Of a stretch of 64,000 nt of DNA, positions 61,936 through 64,000 are shown in pieces. Source of the stretch: Octopus sinensis (lineage: Eukaryota). The notes beneath the pieces are model-generated. The model was not told the origin of the DNA. It saw only the letters and a program-made list of their open reading frames with translations, and did no database searches. How positions within the stretch are numbered: position 1 is the first letter of the stretch; every line of letters starts with the position of its first letter. The stretch lies in the NCBI RefSeq assembly GCF_006345805.1, contig NC_043012.1:27466001-27530000 (forward strand), given 5' to 3'. A program made the translations under genes and the position numbers.

Positions 61936-64000
61936 GATGTAAGACTGTTGATTTGGATGGAGGATGGGTACCAACTATATCTGCATAGCCATTGTAAGGA
62001 TACTCATAGGCTCCTGGCTATTAGGTTGCATTATGGAGTGGCTCCCATTAGGTGGGAGGGGCTGCCTCCTAAAATTGAGGCAGAAGGAAGGCCTGCTGTA
62101 GCTGATCAAGTATATGAAACAAACAATTAAGCCAAATACAACTCATCTGATGAGGTCACTGCAGCTTTTTAAATGTACCTAAGACAGTGATTTATCCTAC
62201 AAGGAAACTTCAATGCACATGGTGGCACTGATCTTCAGATGTGGTAAAGAGTGATTGGAAGGAATGGCAACTCTGAACTCAATGCAAATAGGGAGGCCTT
62301 ACTAGGCTTCTGTGCTGGAAATGGGCTCTCCATTACAAGGATATACATAAGTATACCCTGTATAGGGATACTTTGGGACAGAGATCACTGATAGATTTCA
62401 TTATCATCTCTGACATCTTTGGTTCTGTTCTGGACATTCTTGTAAAGAGGACAAAGGTAGTGACCAACTGATCACCACTTAGTTGTCTGCAACTTGAGAC
62501 TATCAACAGCAGGGAGTAACGAGTGTGACATTTACAGGATAAAGTGGGAACCTCTGGCAGATGATGAGATCAGAAACAAATATGCTGACACTATTGCATT
62601 CAAATTCAGAAATGAAGATGTAGAAACAGTTCAGCAGTTTGTTTTTCAGCTGTACCATGCTATAGACAAAAACAGCTCAGTGTGGCAGCAAGTAGCAAAA
62701 GAATCCCTGGTTTAAACAGGAAGTTATAAATGCCATCCAAGCAAAGAAAGAGGATTGCAAAGCTTGGTTTGGAAACAAGTATCCCCTTTTGCACAAGCAG
62801 TACACTGAGGTGCAAAAGGTCTCAGCAGAGACTGTAAAACATCCAAGGTTAAGTCATGGGAAGACTTTGAGGTTAAGCTGCATTCTGACTTTAGATTGGC
62901 CAAATAAAATAGTATTTTGGCAGACCATCTGCTAAATTCATAACAAGAAGTCTTCCTTTGTACCTACCATAAAGAACTTTGAGATTCTTGTCTCAACAGA
63001 GAAGGGCATTCTTGGGAGGTGGAAAGAATACTTTGCTGATATCCTAAATCTAGCCACAATAAAACCTATATGCAATACAGGGTGCATATAAGGATGAAGA
63101 CTAACTTCAAAAAGACTCAAATGTGGCAAAGACCACTGGAGAGGATGAAATTTGGCCAAAGAAACTAAAAACGTTAAATAGAAAAAGTATTCTCTGGCTG
63201 GAAGACACCAAAGCAATGGCAATCTAGGGTAATAATCCCAATTTTTAAAAAGGGGGACAAGACAGTGCTCTAATTATAGAGGAATCTCCTTGTTGAGCTT
63301 CCTCAGTAAAGTCTACACTAGATGTCTGGAAAAGAGACATAAGGACATTGTCAAGCCCAAGCTAGCTGATGAACAGTGTGGCTTCCATCCTGGACACAGC
63401 ACAACTGACCAGATATTCATGCTATGGGAAACTTTTAAGACGTGTGTGCTTACTTTGTAGACATTGAAAAAGCCTATAACCATGTGCTGCAGGACATGCT
63501 ATGGAAGGTTTTGCAGAAGTTTGAGATTAATAGGTAACTTCTAGTTGCCATGAAGTTCCTATATAAATTCCCAGATGTTTGTGCTTGGGTAAATAGCACC
63601 GAGTTGAAACCTTTGACAGAGATGTGAATTATCACCTCTCCTTTTCAAATTTTTTATGAACTGAATTGACAGTGCAGCCATTGTCAAAGTGGTATCACAT
63701 TCAGTGGATGTAAGATAGTTAAGCTGATATTTGCAGACATGATGCTACTTAGCTCATCAGTTTAGTTATTCCAACCATCTTTTCTGCCCACTATTCCTGG
63801 GAGGGACTTTGGAGTAGAGTCCTCAAGTACTTTCTCCATAGAGTCCTATCAGAAGCAACCATCATTAGACTTTTTGGCTGGATTCCCAAATGTGACCGAC
63901 TGAGATTATGAATATTATCCAACTTACAGAATGTCACAGGAAAAAAATTGCAAGACACTCTTCAAGCTGAGCTATCTGGCAGGAGACTGGGAGGTGGAAG

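Larger units (their letters stand above)
61030..63750 (+). mobile_element. Old decayed RTE-clade LINE (endonuclease plus RT), interrupted at about 61170-61940
   Basis: GNWNVTT..KEQDLMEEV, GNFNAH, RSLIDFII, TDHHLVV, IPIFKKGD..SNYRGISLL, DEQCGFHPGHSTTDQIF and FVDIEKAY. Many lesions. Confidence 0.8.

Overview
Eukaryotic, AT-rich, repeat-saturated genomic DNA. The SINE families and huge (TA)n/(TACA)n fields look like octopus (coleoid cephalopod); this assignment is an inference. The only host gene I can support is SHOC2/SUR-8 (LRR scaffold of the Ras-RAF pathway) on the minus strand. It has two in-frame coding exons (5328-5448, 3443-3551). I could not find the preceding exon, so 5449-64000 appears to be a single intron of >58 kb. 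That intron is a transposon graveyard: a full-length Gypsy element with both LTRs and a TSD (27433-33151), a decayed second Gypsy, CR1-like, RTE-like and HERO-like LINEs, Penelope-like (PLE) remnants, Helitrons, mariners and SINEs. Structure not explained by the ORF track: (i) seven hammerhead-ribozyme-like motifs of the minimal, palindromic-stem-III type, three with an intact core, one of them on the SHOC2 sense strand, plus one decayed copy forming an 80-bp tandem unit; (ii) a 797-bp fold-back transposon with 8-bp TSDs and telomere-like CCCTAA repeats; (iii) several perfect inverted repeats; (iv) a PHD-like finger inside an RTE reverse transcriptase. All identifications are by eye and from recalled family motifs; no searches were run.
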